From Fibrobacterales bacterium (GTDB lineage Bacteria; Fibrobacterota; Fibrobacteria; Fibrobacterales; JAOPTW01): DNA of 64,000 nucleotides. The notes beneath the pieces are model-generated. The model made no database searches, was not told the origin of the DNA, and saw nothing but the letters and a program-made list of their open reading frames with translations. Below are positions 9,661-18,968 of this stretch, in pieces; position 1 is the first letter of the stretch, and each line of letters opens with the position of its first letter. A program made the translations under genes and the position numbers. The stretch covers positions 32,001-96,000 of the forward strand of contig JAOPTW010000008.1 of the NCBI GenBank assembly GCA_051532035.1, read 5' to 3'.

Positions 9661-10605
9661 ATGGAACCTCTCTTTGCATTAATGGATCGCTATTTTGAAG
9701 AGATACCTGAAGTACTCCACTGGGGCACCACCACTCCAGAGCCAAGCTCCCACTCCGAAGCCCTCCATACTTGGCTTTCACAAGGGAAAAATGGTGAAAT
9801 GCAGTTCATGGAAAACCACATAGAGCTCCGAATGGATCCAAAGAAGTTTTTTCCCGAAGCACAAAGTGCCATTATTTTTTTGCACCGCTACCCTGATTCG
9901 ATTATTAAAGGCACGCAAGATGTAGAAGCACATATTTCTGCCTACGCACGAGGCACCGATTACCACACGATAATGAAATCCATTATCTTTAAGCTAGGTG
10001 ATCAATTAAAGGAGATTGATTCAACGATCTCCATGAAAGCATTTGTAGACTCTGCGCCAGTAAATGAACGAGAACTCGCGGTACGGGCTGGTCTCGGTTG
10101 GCTTGGTAAACACAGTAACCTCATACACCCTAAATCCGGAAGCCAATTTTTTATTGGTGGATTTTTTATAAACAAAGAAGTGAAGAAAGATGCTCGCACG
10201 TACCCTGATGGTTGTGCCGCATGTCGAAAATGTATTGACGCCTGCCCCACCCAAGCCATTGAAGATAACCGCTCTATTGATGCACGTCGCTGTATCTCCT
10301 ATCTCACCATAGAAAAAAAAGGCGACATCGATCCTGAGCTCGCTTCAAAGATGGGCACCAATATTTTCGGATGTGATATCTGTCTTGAAGTGTGCCCTTG
10401 GAATAACAAACAGCTCAATGACAGCCCTCTTTCTTCAGATTCAAAGTTTGTGAATACTTTTGATGAATGGGACAAGATACTTGCTCATGGCGGCGGATTC
10501 AAACGACTCTTCAAGGACACACCACTCTATAGAGCAGGCAAACCAAAAATGACACGTAATGTTGCTATTGCTCGACAAAATCATCTGAATAAACGGGGAA
10601 AATAG
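9661..10605 (+). CDS. queG: Epoxyqueuosine reductase QueG
   Basis: ISAYARGTDYH, FVDSAPVNERELAVRAGLGWLGKH, CAACRKCIDACPT, CISYLTIE, GCDICLEVCPWN. Confidence 0.95.
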   Translation: MEPLFALMDRYFEEIPEVLHWGTTTPEPSSHSEALHTWLSQGKNGEMQFMENHIELRMDPKKFFPEAQSAIIFLHRYPDSIIKGTQDVEAHISAYARGTDYHTIMKSIIFKLGDQLKEIDSTISMKAFVDSAPVNERELAVRAGLGWLGKHSNLIHPKSGSQFFIGGFFINKEVKKDARTYPDGCAACRKCIDACPTQAIEDNRSIDARRCISYLTIEKKGDIDPELASKMGTNIFGCDICLEVCPWNNKQLNDSPLSSDSKFVNTFDEWDKILAHGGGFKRLFKDTPLYRAGKPKMTRNVAIARQNHLNKRGK

Positions 10606-10617
10606 TACCTTTTACTT

Positions 10618-11403
10618 ATGGTCGTCAAACAAAAATATCTGAGCAACATTCTCGTATTTGTATTTCTTGTATTCATTACGAGTAGCTTCTGTAATGAAAC
10701 GATTACCATAGCAACGGGCGAATACCCACCATTCCTCTCGCAAGAGTTGCTCTTTTCAGGAGTGGGGCTCAAAATTATTTCTGAAGCCTTTGAGAGTGAA
10801 GGCGTTACTGTTACCTATGGCTTTTTCCCTTGGCAACGCAGCTACCACTATGTTGTTAGTGGAGAATGGGATGCTTCTGCTACATGGTCTTATAACATTG
10901 AACGTGAAAAAGACGTTACATACAGTGACCCTCTCTACCATTCTACATATGTTCTCTTTCATAGAAAAGAGAACCCCATTAACTGGAACACTCTTACTGA
11001 CCTTAAACAGTTCTCTTTGGGAGCGACAAAAAGCTATACCTATACCCCTGAATTTTACAAAGCTATCGAAGACAGTATTCTAACAGTAGATTTTGTTGCA
11101 TCTGATGAGTTGAATCTCAAAAAATTAGCCGCCAAAAGGTTTGATGCTGTACCTATGAATATAGATGTAGGCTATTATCTAATCCATAGTAAGCTTTCTA
11201 AAAAAGAAGCTCTTACTATTACACACCACCCAAACCGCTTCTCTTCGAAGCCAACACACCTTGTTTTTTCGAAAAAGAACCCACGCACCCCTGAGCTCCT
11301 CAGAAAATTTAATCGAGGCCTCAAAAAACTTAACGATTCAGGGGCTATTGACCAATACCTCAAAGAGTCTCGCCGGGGCCTCTATATGAAAATGCTTGAG
11401 TAA
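10618..11403 (+). CDS. ABC-type amino-acid substrate-binding protein (SBP_bac_3)
   Basis: Signal peptide; ITIATGEYPPF, FFPWQRS, NLKKLAAKRFD, FNRGLKKL. Confidence 0.85.
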   Translation: MVVKQKYLSNILVFVFLVFITSSFCNETITIATGEYPPFLSQELLFSGVGLKIISEAFESEGVTVTYGFFPWQRSYHYVVSGEWDASATWSYNIEREKDVTYSDPLYHSTYVLFHRKENPINWNTLTDLKQFSLGATKSYTYTPEFYKAIEDSILTVDFVASDELNLKKLAAKRFDAVPMNIDVGYYLIHSKLSKKEALTITHHPNRFSSKPTHLVFSKKNPRTPELLRKFNRGLKKLNDSGAIDQYLKESRRGLYMKMLE

Positions 11404-11413
11404 AAGAACCCTC

Positions 11414-11917
11414 ATGGATTACAGTGAAGTAACAACACTTCTTACCTTATCTTCAGAAGACCTCCTTAAACGGTGTCGTTCCTCGAACTATCAATCTCAA
11501 GGTGCGGGCGGCCAAAAGCGCAACAAAGTTAAGTCGGGAATAAGGCTCACTCTTACGGGCACCTCCTATGAAACAACGTCATGTGAGCAGCGCAGCCCCA
11601 AAGCCAACACCGTCGATGCAGTACGCAAGCTAAAGGTCTCTATCGCTCTCGGAGAGCGCCATACTATAACAGATCTTGCAACCATTCAATTCCCTGGAAG
11701 CGAGACAAGAATAAGCATTAAGAACCCTCTCTACTACCTATTTATCAAACAGGTACTTGATATACTCGTCATGCAGAATGGGGAACTCAAAGCTACCGCA
11801 CAACTATTCAAGCTCACGTCGAGCGCTCTCAACCGAATATTCCACAAAGAGAAGAAATTTCTAGAAAAGGTACAAGAGGTTCGACGAACCCTCGGCCTCC
11901 CTCCCTTAAAGCGCTAA
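11414..11917 (+). CDS. Peptide chain release factor-like protein (stand-alone GGQ domain)
   Basis: SQGAGGQKRNKVKSGIRL and CEQRS..AN motifs of the RF-1 domain; basic C-terminus; alternative TTG start at 11396. Confidence 0.8.
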   Translation: MDYSEVTTLLTLSSEDLLKRCRSSNYQSQGAGGQKRNKVKSGIRLTLTGTSYETTSCEQRSPKANTVDAVRKLKVSIALGERHTITDLATIQFPGSETRISIKNPLYYLFIKQVLDILVMQNGELKATAQLFKLTSSALNRIFHKEKKFLEKVQEVRRTLGLPPLKR

Positions 11918-11986
11918 TCAAAGTCACTCGTTGTAATTAACACGAGCCCCCTTTAGTTGGGACCGTCAAAACACACTTAATGAGAC

Positions 11987-12020
11987 AAAAAAAGGCCAGA
12001 AGCAATCGCTTCTGGCCTTT
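11987..12020 (-). terminator. Rho-independent terminator
   Basis: AAAGGCCAGAAGC-AATC-GCTTCTGGCCTTT with an A-run on its left, just past the stop at 12048. Confidence 0.85.
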
Positions 12021-12047
12021 AAAATACTTTGTGATTCTGTTACCGGA

Positions 12048-14783
12048 TTATTGGATCTTGTTCCAAGTCTTTTTATACCAGTAGTACGCTTTACGAGCAT
12101 CACGTAAAAATGGTGTACTCCGTCCATCACCTTGACCCATAAGTCCAAGCCATTCTTCAGATGACCAACCATCTTGAAATGCCATAGGAGAATCTTGTAC
12201 TTGGTCGTGCATATCCGCTGCACCTTGATTTGATTTCCACCATTCATCAAGCCACTCAAATGCGATACCACCAATAGAGTTACCTGAACCAATATGGCCA
12301 GCACGGTTATAATAGATATCACTCCATGTACCTTTATGGTAACGAGTCTGAGATTTCTCATCCCAAATAGATCCCACTTGTGCAAAGTTCAACATGTCTG
12401 AACCGTACTCGGTGATCATTACTGGACGGTCAAATACATCACGTACCTGATCGAAAAGAAGTCCAAAGCCCATCTCACCACGATATGAGTTCACACCAAC
12501 AATATCGATACCGTGTGCATACTGCTCATAGTACTCAATAAGTTGTGTTTCGAGGTTACCAATTACCACTGGATGGTCTGGATCAATCTTGTGAATCATT
12601 TCTGCAATCTCAGTAAGGAATGTACCGAACTCTTCAGGTTGCTCACCTGCAAGAGTTTTCGTTGCATTGATACCACCATGACCATTGTTCATGTTGTTCT
12701 CGTTACCAAGAATCCAAAACTGCATGTAGTCTTCATCTTTATTGTCAGACACGAGATCTCTTACAAGGTTTCTCATTTTTGTTTTTTGTTCTTCATTAGT
12801 ATAGTCAGTACCAGTAAACCAGTCTGCACCAGAACCTACTGTATATGCACCAAGGAAGTCACCAATCATAGCTTTGATACCATAGGTTTTCCAAAGATCT
12901 CTCAGAAGAGGTTTATTGAGTGTTGGATGACATTTATGATCATCAGGACGATCAACATCACAGAAAGTTTTAGCTTTCTCTTCACTGATGTAGTGCCACG
13001 TAGTATTTCCGTTCACTACTTCTTTGTATGGCTTGTAGAAGAAACGAATTGAGTTCGCACCCATCTCTTTCAAGAGTTGGAAGTCACCAATAGATGGCTC
13101 ATTTGCATCTTGTTTGTTATTTCTGTTTTTGTCTACCCATGCATCATACGGCGCATCAATTTTACCATTTTTATCTTCATCCTGGAACTGCCAGTTTTCG
13201 ATTGTTTCATTGTATGCTGATTCACCAATCATAGTTGGGTCATAGGTAACTGCTTTAACTGTAGACGCTTTACCATCAACAAATAACTGCCAGTGACCAT
13301 TTGAATATTTTTTAAGGTGCACTTTTGCTTTACAATTGTAATCACCAGCTTTTTTACCACCACAACGTTGCTCAATAACTTTCAGTTTTGAAACATCAAC
13401 TGGTTTAAGCTTAACTTTTGGTGCTTTTACAATCTTACCAGGGTCAATGATTTTAATATCATTCTCAATAGTAAGGTCATATTCGTTTGTAATTCTCAAT
13501 ACAGGCCATCTATGCTTTTTAAGAAGCGGTCTATGCTCGGCACCAATTGCTGGAAAGTCTCTGAGCATTACGTGAATAATATCAAGACTCGCTTTACCTG
13601 CATACCAAAGGTATGAACCATCGGGTGCATATACTGGAGTTTCAGGAAAGTGAAGAAGTACTGAGTGGAATGCTTTGACTGCTTGTTCAATAAGACGAGT
13701 GTCTTTTTGAGCGGTACCAGCTTTACGAAGACCTTCGGCCATGTAGAACATTTTAACACCAGGAGCTTGGTCGTTATTTGTTGCCCATTTAAAGTATTGA
13801 CTCATTGGAACACCAGCACTGGTGTGCTCCCAAGCATGCCCTTTCAAAAGGCCCGCTTCATCGAGTTCTTTGTAAAGAGGATTCTCTCTTACGTCACTCA
13901 CGTTTGGCCACACACCTTCGCCTACAGCCGCTGCAAGGCCAGCAGAGTCGGTCATAGTGTATTTATAATCATTCGTTCCAACTTTTTCAAATGTTCCAAA
14001 CTTTGAATAATCAATCTTGAGAATTGATTTACCGTAGTTCGTAAGTTTGAGGGGTTGTTTGAAAAGTTCATTATCAATTTGAACTTCAGTCACACCCAAA
14101 TTAAGGCCACTTGATTTACCAACTATGTCACCCGCAACTTTACCGGGGTTCACATACAGTTTGCCATCAGCTTTTTCAATCGCATATGGATTCCCTTCAT
14201 AACGAAGACCGAGCTCTGGGTTTTTACCAATGAGTATTTTAATGTTGTTAATTGCGGCTGGAGCAATCCACCAAGTGGTTTTACCATCGGCAAGGAATCC
14301 ATATCCCCGGGGGAATGTCAACAGACAGGCGTAGTACGCTTTAATAGCTTGCTCTACATAGCCACCTTCAGCAAGGGCTTTTGCAATAAAAAGCTGACGG
14401 ACACCAAGTGCTTCCCATGCGCGCGGCCATCTAAAGAAACGAAGTTCATAAGACGCTTCATTTTCAAGTTCCCAATGGTCACGTTTGAAATCTTCACGAC
14501 CTTTGATCTCTTTATGGAGAGGATTCTTTTCTACACCATACATATTAGGGTATATGCCTTCACCGACTGCTTTTTTAAGTCCACGAATATCATCTGCTCT
14601 ATACGAAAATTCTGGAGTACCTTCATTGAGGTATGTACCATATTTATCGTAGTCTACAATGATCTCAGATCCGTAGTCACGAAGCTGAATTTTTGATTCT
14701 TCTTTAGATGGTGGTGGAGGATTTCCGCAACCTGCGAAAATACTTACCAGACCAACCACTGCGAGGATTGATATTGGACGCAT
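12048..14783 (-). CDS. Lipoprotein: two repeated N-terminal modules plus a clan GH-A glycoside hydrolase TIM barrel (GH158/GH2-like, putative beta-1,3-glucanase)
   Basis: FAGC lipobox; LLKEMGANSIR, WILGNENN (acid/base), VGVNSYRG, ITEYG (nucleophile), GGIAFEWLDEWWK...EEWLG. Confidence 0.75.
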   Translation of the reverse strand: MRPISILAVVGLVSIFAGCGNPPPPSKEESKIQLRDYGSEIIVDYDKYGTYLNEGTPEFSYRADDIRGLKKAVGEGIYPNMYGVEKNPLHKEIKGREDFKRDHWELENEASYELRFFRWPRAWEALGVRQLFIAKALAEGGYVEQAIKAYYACLLTFPRGYGFLADGKTTWWIAPAAINNIKILIGKNPELGLRYEGNPYAIEKADGKLYVNPGKVAGDIVGKSSGLNLGVTEVQIDNELFKQPLKLTNYGKSILKIDYSKFGTFEKVGTNDYKYTMTDSAGLAAAVGEGVWPNVSDVRENPLYKELDEAGLLKGHAWEHTSAGVPMSQYFKWATNNDQAPGVKMFYMAEGLRKAGTAQKDTRLIEQAVKAFHSVLLHFPETPVYAPDGSYLWYAGKASLDIIHVMLRDFPAIGAEHRPLLKKHRWPVLRITNEYDLTIENDIKIIDPGKIVKAPKVKLKPVDVSKLKVIEQRCGGKKAGDYNCKAKVHLKKYSNGHWQLFVDGKASTVKAVTYDPTMIGESAYNETIENWQFQDEDKNGKIDAPYDAWVDKNRNNKQDANEPSIGDFQLLKEMGANSIRFFYKPYKEVVNGNTTWHYISEEKAKTFCDVDRPDDHKCHPTLNKPLLRDLWKTYGIKAMIGDFLGAYTVGSGADWFTGTDYTNEEQKTKMRNLVRDLVSDNKDEDYMQFWILGNENNMNNGHGGINATKTLAGEQPEEFGTFLTEIAEMIHKIDPDHPVVIGNLETQLIEYYEQYAHGIDIVGVNSYRGEMGFGLLFDQVRDVFDRPVMITEYGSDMLNFAQVGSIWDEKSQTRYHKGTWSDIYYNRAGHIGSGNSIGGIAFEWLDEWWKSNQGAADMHDQVQDSPMAFQDGWSSEEWLGLMGQGDGRSTPFLRDARKAYYWYKKTWNKIQ

Positions 14784-14915
14784 TATACAACCTTAATATA
14801 TTGATTTATGGATAATTTAGCTTGTTTATGCGAAAAGTCAAACGCTATATATGTTACTTGGGGTAAGAATGGTACTTTTATATGGCTACGGTAATAACAA
14901 GCCTGTACCGACTAA

Positions 14916-14935
14916 TTTTGTGAACTTTTGTGAAC
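14916..14935. repeat. Tandem 10-bp direct repeat TTTTGTGAAC x2 in a divergent promoter region
   Basis: Read directly from the sequence. Confidence 0.7.
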
Positions 14936-15091
14936 AAATTTTAACACAGCTTCAGCTCATTTCCCCTTTGATATTTCTAGATTATATGTCCTACTATTTA
15001 TGTGGTATCCGACCTTATTTACTTCTAGATCTCCCCTTTATTACGAGACAGGTCGTGCTTTAAATACCATCGACATTCTGGAGAACACCCT

Positions 15092-17317
15092 ATGAAACAT
15101 CCGATGATGACACTCATTTTTGTCTGTTATACTCTTTTTTTAACCCAAAACTGTATACAATACAGTGAAACTCCTAAATTTCAAGAGTATCAAGTTGATA
15201 TCGACAATGAAACCGACCTCCCAGTCCACACCATAGAGGTCTCAATAAACAGCGTAAAGAGTCACACATTCACCTCTCAAGATGATTTTGACAGTGACGA
15301 CTCCTCTATTGAACTCACCTTTCCTATTCCAAATTCACAAGAACAACAGAGTACTGTAGAAATAATCTGTAAATCATACGGACTTACTATTGCTACGATA
15401 CTACGAACTGTTTCAGATAATGCAGTAAGTAAATCTAAATCACGTTACACCCCATCTGAAAATACCATCGCTTTTTTACAAAAAAATGAGAATGTATTAA
15501 AAAAAGAAAACATCTCAAATCTTGTTGATTTCACCGACGAAACAAGTAACAATGAACTTGAGAATTTATTTGGCTCTGATGATGCAGACATATTAGACCT
15601 GTTAATTTCGGTTCAAATTGACTCTTCAGTCGCCTCTTCTGACTCTTCTAATGAAAATGATGACTCGAGTGGCTCCAACCCAAGTTCAGAATCTCAACCT
15701 CTTACCCCCTCTTCGTCTGACGACAACGCCCCCGAAAGCTCTGATGGTGAAGATTCGAGCAATTCAAGCCTTGAACACCTACCAAATACAGAGTCTTCTT
15801 TTGAAACCAATGAGTTATCATCAAGTTTTTCAGATGTATTAGAAGAGGAGATCACCTTTACCATTACAGTTAACAAAGGTTCAAATAAGACCGAATCTAT
15901 AACCATTCGTCAAAAAAGCGAAATAAAGCTCTCTATTGACCCAGTCGCCCCTGATGGTTATGAGTTCGACAAGTGGGATAGTGGCCCCGGTTGTTCTCTC
16001 AAATATGCGGATAATTCAATGAATACGAAATTAACCTGCACTAAAAACGAAGTAATTGATGCAATCTTTACTCCTAAGAAATACACCATAGCTATTTCTG
16101 CTATAGGAAATTGCGGATCAGTCAATAATGAGACCCTCTATTATACCATGGATGGCGATAACGTAATCATTGATACTGAGCTCAACGAGTATTGTGATCC
16201 CGAATACTCCTCTGATGACTTACAGCTGAGTGAACACATCATTACAGGTATTCAGGATGAAGCCTATGATAACCCCGTGCTCAATGCCACAGTCACTTTT
16301 AATGAAATCACCGTCCCCCAGGCAACGATATCTATTACCTGCCAAGCCGACAATATTGATATTGCCTGTGCAGACGTATCCGAAGAGCTCCCCTCATCGG
16401 TCACCATCAAAGAAGATGACGATCCTAAAATCATATCAACTACTGCTGCATGGGGCTTTACCTTCTCATCACTTAAAGAAGAGTCAAATGCCGATGTCTC
16501 TAGCTCCACCATTGGTTATAAAAAGTCGGGCGAAGGCCAAGTTATCGCTCAATACACTAGAAAAGCATTTACCGTCACCTTTAACTCGACTCCAGCACAT
16601 ATTTTTAGCGAATCAGCATCAGTCAAATACCAAATACCTAGCCAAATTGCCGCACCCGATGCACCATTTGGGTATAGATTTTCTGGCTGGGCTTTTAATG
16701 ATAAGGATTGTACTATCCCAGGGGCTACGGGTCAGTCTATTACGTATAGTTGTTATGTTAGTACTACTGTTACCGCTGAATATGAGGAGTTAACTGAAGG
16801 AACTTTTTGGGACCGTCGCGGATCAGGCACAACCTATAAATGGATTAAGATTGAGGATGAATTTTGGATGGATGATAATTTGAATTACTCGGTATCAAAC
16901 AGCAGGTGTTATATTGATAAAAGCGAATACTGCCAACAATACGGGCGACTCTACCAATGGACTGCCGCCATGCAAATAGATACCTTATATTCAGCCAATC
17001 AATGGTCCGGCACTGAAACATCTCATCTGGGGATTTGCCCGGAAGGCTGGCACATGCCCACAGCAAATGAATGGAATACTTTAACAGCGCTAGAACATCT
17101 GGGCTTTAACCATATACAATATGGAGGTCAAATGCACCCCTATATGGGCGGCTATAGGCCTGATGGTGAGGGTAGTTCTGCAATTTATTGGTCTTCCTCT
17201 CAAGCAAGTGTATCAAAGGAAGCGCACAATATCTGGTCTTCCATTTCAAGGCCTACAACATCAGGGGAGTATGATAAAAGATCTTATTATGCAGTTAGGT
17301 GTAAAAGGGATAATTAA
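15092..17317 (+). CDS. Exported protein/lipoprotein with Ser-rich linker, InlB-like repeats and C-terminal FISUMP (Fib_succ_major, TIGR02145) domain
   Basis: GTFWDRR..TYKWIKIEDEFWMDDNLNY..YGRLYQWTAAM..GICPEGWHMPTANEW..YAVRCKRD. Confidence 0.88.
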   Translation: MKHPMMTLIFVCYTLFLTQNCIQYSETPKFQEYQVDIDNETDLPVHTIEVSINSVKSHTFTSQDDFDSDDSSIELTFPIPNSQEQQSTVEIICKSYGLTIATILRTVSDNAVSKSKSRYTPSENTIAFLQKNENVLKKENISNLVDFTDETSNNELENLFGSDDADILDLLISVQIDSSVASSDSSNENDDSSGSNPSSESQPLTPSSSDDNAPESSDGEDSSNSSLEHLPNTESSFETNELSSSFSDVLEEEITFTITVNKGSNKTESITIRQKSEIKLSIDPVAPDGYEFDKWDSGPGCSLKYADNSMNTKLTCTKNEVIDAIFTPKKYTIAISAIGNCGSVNNETLYYTMDGDNVIIDTELNEYCDPEYSSDDLQLSEHIITGIQDEAYDNPVLNATVTFNEITVPQATISITCQADNIDIACADVSEELPSSVTIKEDDDPKIISTTAAWGFTFSSLKEESNADVSSSTIGYKKSGEGQVIAQYTRKAFTVTFNSTPAHIFSESASVKYQIPSQIAAPDAPFGYRFSGWAFNDKDCTIPGATGQSITYSCYVSTTVTAEYEELTEGTFWDRRGSGTTYKWIKIEDEFWMDDNLNYSVSNSRCYIDKSEYCQQYGRLYQWTAAMQIDTLYSANQWSGTETSHLGICPEGWHMPTANEWNTLTALEHLGFNHIQYGGQMHPYMGGYRPDGEGSSAIYWSSSQASVSKEAHNIWSSISRPTTSGEYDKRSYYAVRCKRDN

Positions 17318-17409
17318 GCTGTAGAAATCAGCCACCAACAACACCTTACATTTTTATAAGGTAACATTCAAAAACTATTCCTACTACCATATATATACTA
17401 TCCATATCT

Positions 17410-17450
17410 AAAAAAAAGAGGCAGTCCATTAAATTAAGACTGCCTCTTTT
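17410..17450. terminator. Bidirectional rho-independent terminator
   Basis: AAAAGAGGCAGTC...GACTGCCTCTTTT between convergent genes. Confidence 0.8.
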
Positions 17451-17472
17451 AGATAAAATTGTTTTGACTTAT

Positions 17473-18681
17473 TTATTCACAATGGATACCATTCCACGTT
17501 TTATTTCCACACCAGGCAGGGTGTTCAAAATCATCTTCACCATTCCATTTATAATATCTATAATACTCATATTCAGTTACTGCTGTTTTTCCATCCAAAT
17601 AATTATCTGGATTCTCACCACTGAGGGATGTTGCTTCTGAAATCCAAAAATTAAACACTGCATGGAGAGGCTCTTGTGGAATCAAACTGGCATCATCAAT
17701 TCTCCGTATCTCCGTTTCATTGACAAACCATGCGATATAGGAATCTGTCCACTCTATTGCAAAAACATTTTTTTCTTGGTGATCAATAGGGTGATCCGGA
17801 TGTGAAAATATTAGATCTTTATGCTCAATTTGCCCCCATTCCCAAGCACCTCCTCCCATATCAATAAGTAAATTTGAAGTTGGTTGTCCAGGTACCGCTG
17901 ACATCAACTCAAAATCAATTTCTAACCACTGCTTATCTCTTGGAAGATTAAAGAGGAAAAAGGTTGAAAGGTAATGCCCCTCATTTGGCGCTTTAATTGT
18001 TGTTTCAAATCGACCGTATTTATAGGTTTTTAAGGAGCGTAACTCGCCTGATGCCCAATCTTTATAAGCAAGATCACCATCATAAAAGGGGTCTTGGTAT
18101 TCACCATCTGGATTTTTTAAAGTCCTTTGAGCCCAAAGGAGGTCATTTTCAGTATGTTCTTTTGTCATGATCAGCTTTAATACCCCATCAGAGGTTTCAA
18201 CACCGTGATCAACAAATCGACATTTATTATCCTTCCAACTCCCATCACTCTTTTCCCAAAAGTCAAGATCAAGAGTTTCAAACTCATCTTCGTATACAAG
18301 AGTAAATTCACCTTTTGTAGCTGGTGCGGTAAATTCCTTTTTTGATGAACTAGAAACTACAGTTTCAGATGATGACTCATTACTCGACATCGCCGCAGAA
18401 GAGACTTCCTCACTGGACACATTCTCACTACTCGATTCAACAACGATACTAGAACTACTCACCTCAGAAGACTCTGGCTCTGAAATCCCAACGTCAGACG
18501 ACTCATCTTCAGAACTATCCATATCCACAGTTACTGAACTTTCAGGAGACTCCTCAGATGAAAGTACTTCTTCACTCGACGTTCCATTGCCCGAAGACGA
18601 ATCAGCGGGGTCTGTCCCGAGACACCCTACTAAAAAAACTGATGTAATTGATGCCAGTAACAGCAAACGAATGTGCGTCAT
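17473..18681 (-). CDS. GH16 glycoside hydrolase lipoprotein (licheninase/laminarinase-like), copy 1
   Basis: LVGC lipobox, Ser-rich linker, SGELRS..YKYGRFE, catalytic WLEIDFE (ExDxE), FAIEWT..IAWFVN. Confidence 0.9.
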   Translation of the reverse strand: MTHIRLLLLASITSVFLVGCLGTDPADSSSGNGTSSEEVLSSEESPESSVTVDMDSSEDESSDVGISEPESSEVSSSSIVVESSSENVSSEEVSSAAMSSNESSSETVVSSSSKKEFTAPATKGEFTLVYEDEFETLDLDFWEKSDGSWKDNKCRFVDHGVETSDGVLKLIMTKEHTENDLLWAQRTLKNPDGEYQDPFYDGDLAYKDWASGELRSLKTYKYGRFETTIKAPNEGHYLSTFFLFNLPRDKQWLEIDFELMSAVPGQPTSNLLIDMGGGAWEWGQIEHKDLIFSHPDHPIDHQEKNVFAIEWTDSYIAWFVNETEIRRIDDASLIPQEPLHAVFNFWISEATSLSGENPDNYLDGKTAVTEYEYYRYYKWNGEDDFEHPAWCGNKTWNGIHCE

Positions 18682-18854
18682 CTCTACCCCTATAAATTTG
18701 TATGTGTATGATAAATATAAATTATGAGTCTCCCCCTAACAACAGTGTTTATGTGTTTTTTACATAAAGCATCTTTTTAAAGCTATACCAATGAAATATC
18801 AGCCTCTAGGGAGACTTTAAAAATCAATATTATTTGTTCTTTTTGAGATGGTAC

Positions 18855-18888
18855 AAAAAAAGCCTCTCATTTTCCGAGAGGCTTTTTT
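18855..18888 (-). terminator. Rho-independent terminator
   Basis: AAAAAAGCCTCTC-ATTTTCC-GAGAGGCTTTTTT. Confidence 0.85.
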
Positions 18889-18968
18889 AAATAGATTTTT
18901 TTAAATTAGAATTTTCCTACTATCCCTCTGAAGTAATGCGGGGAATATCATTAATACTTAAATCAAGA

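Noticed and set aside
11966..14696. Alternative-frame and antisense ORFs inside the GH-A gene (and similar shadow ORFs elsewhere in the track)
   Set aside because: They overlap well-supported genes and show no recognisable motifs.
14851..15063. 70-aa ORF in the divergent intergenic region
   Set aside because: No RBS or motif; it overlaps likely regulatory repeats. The same applies to 32463..32699.
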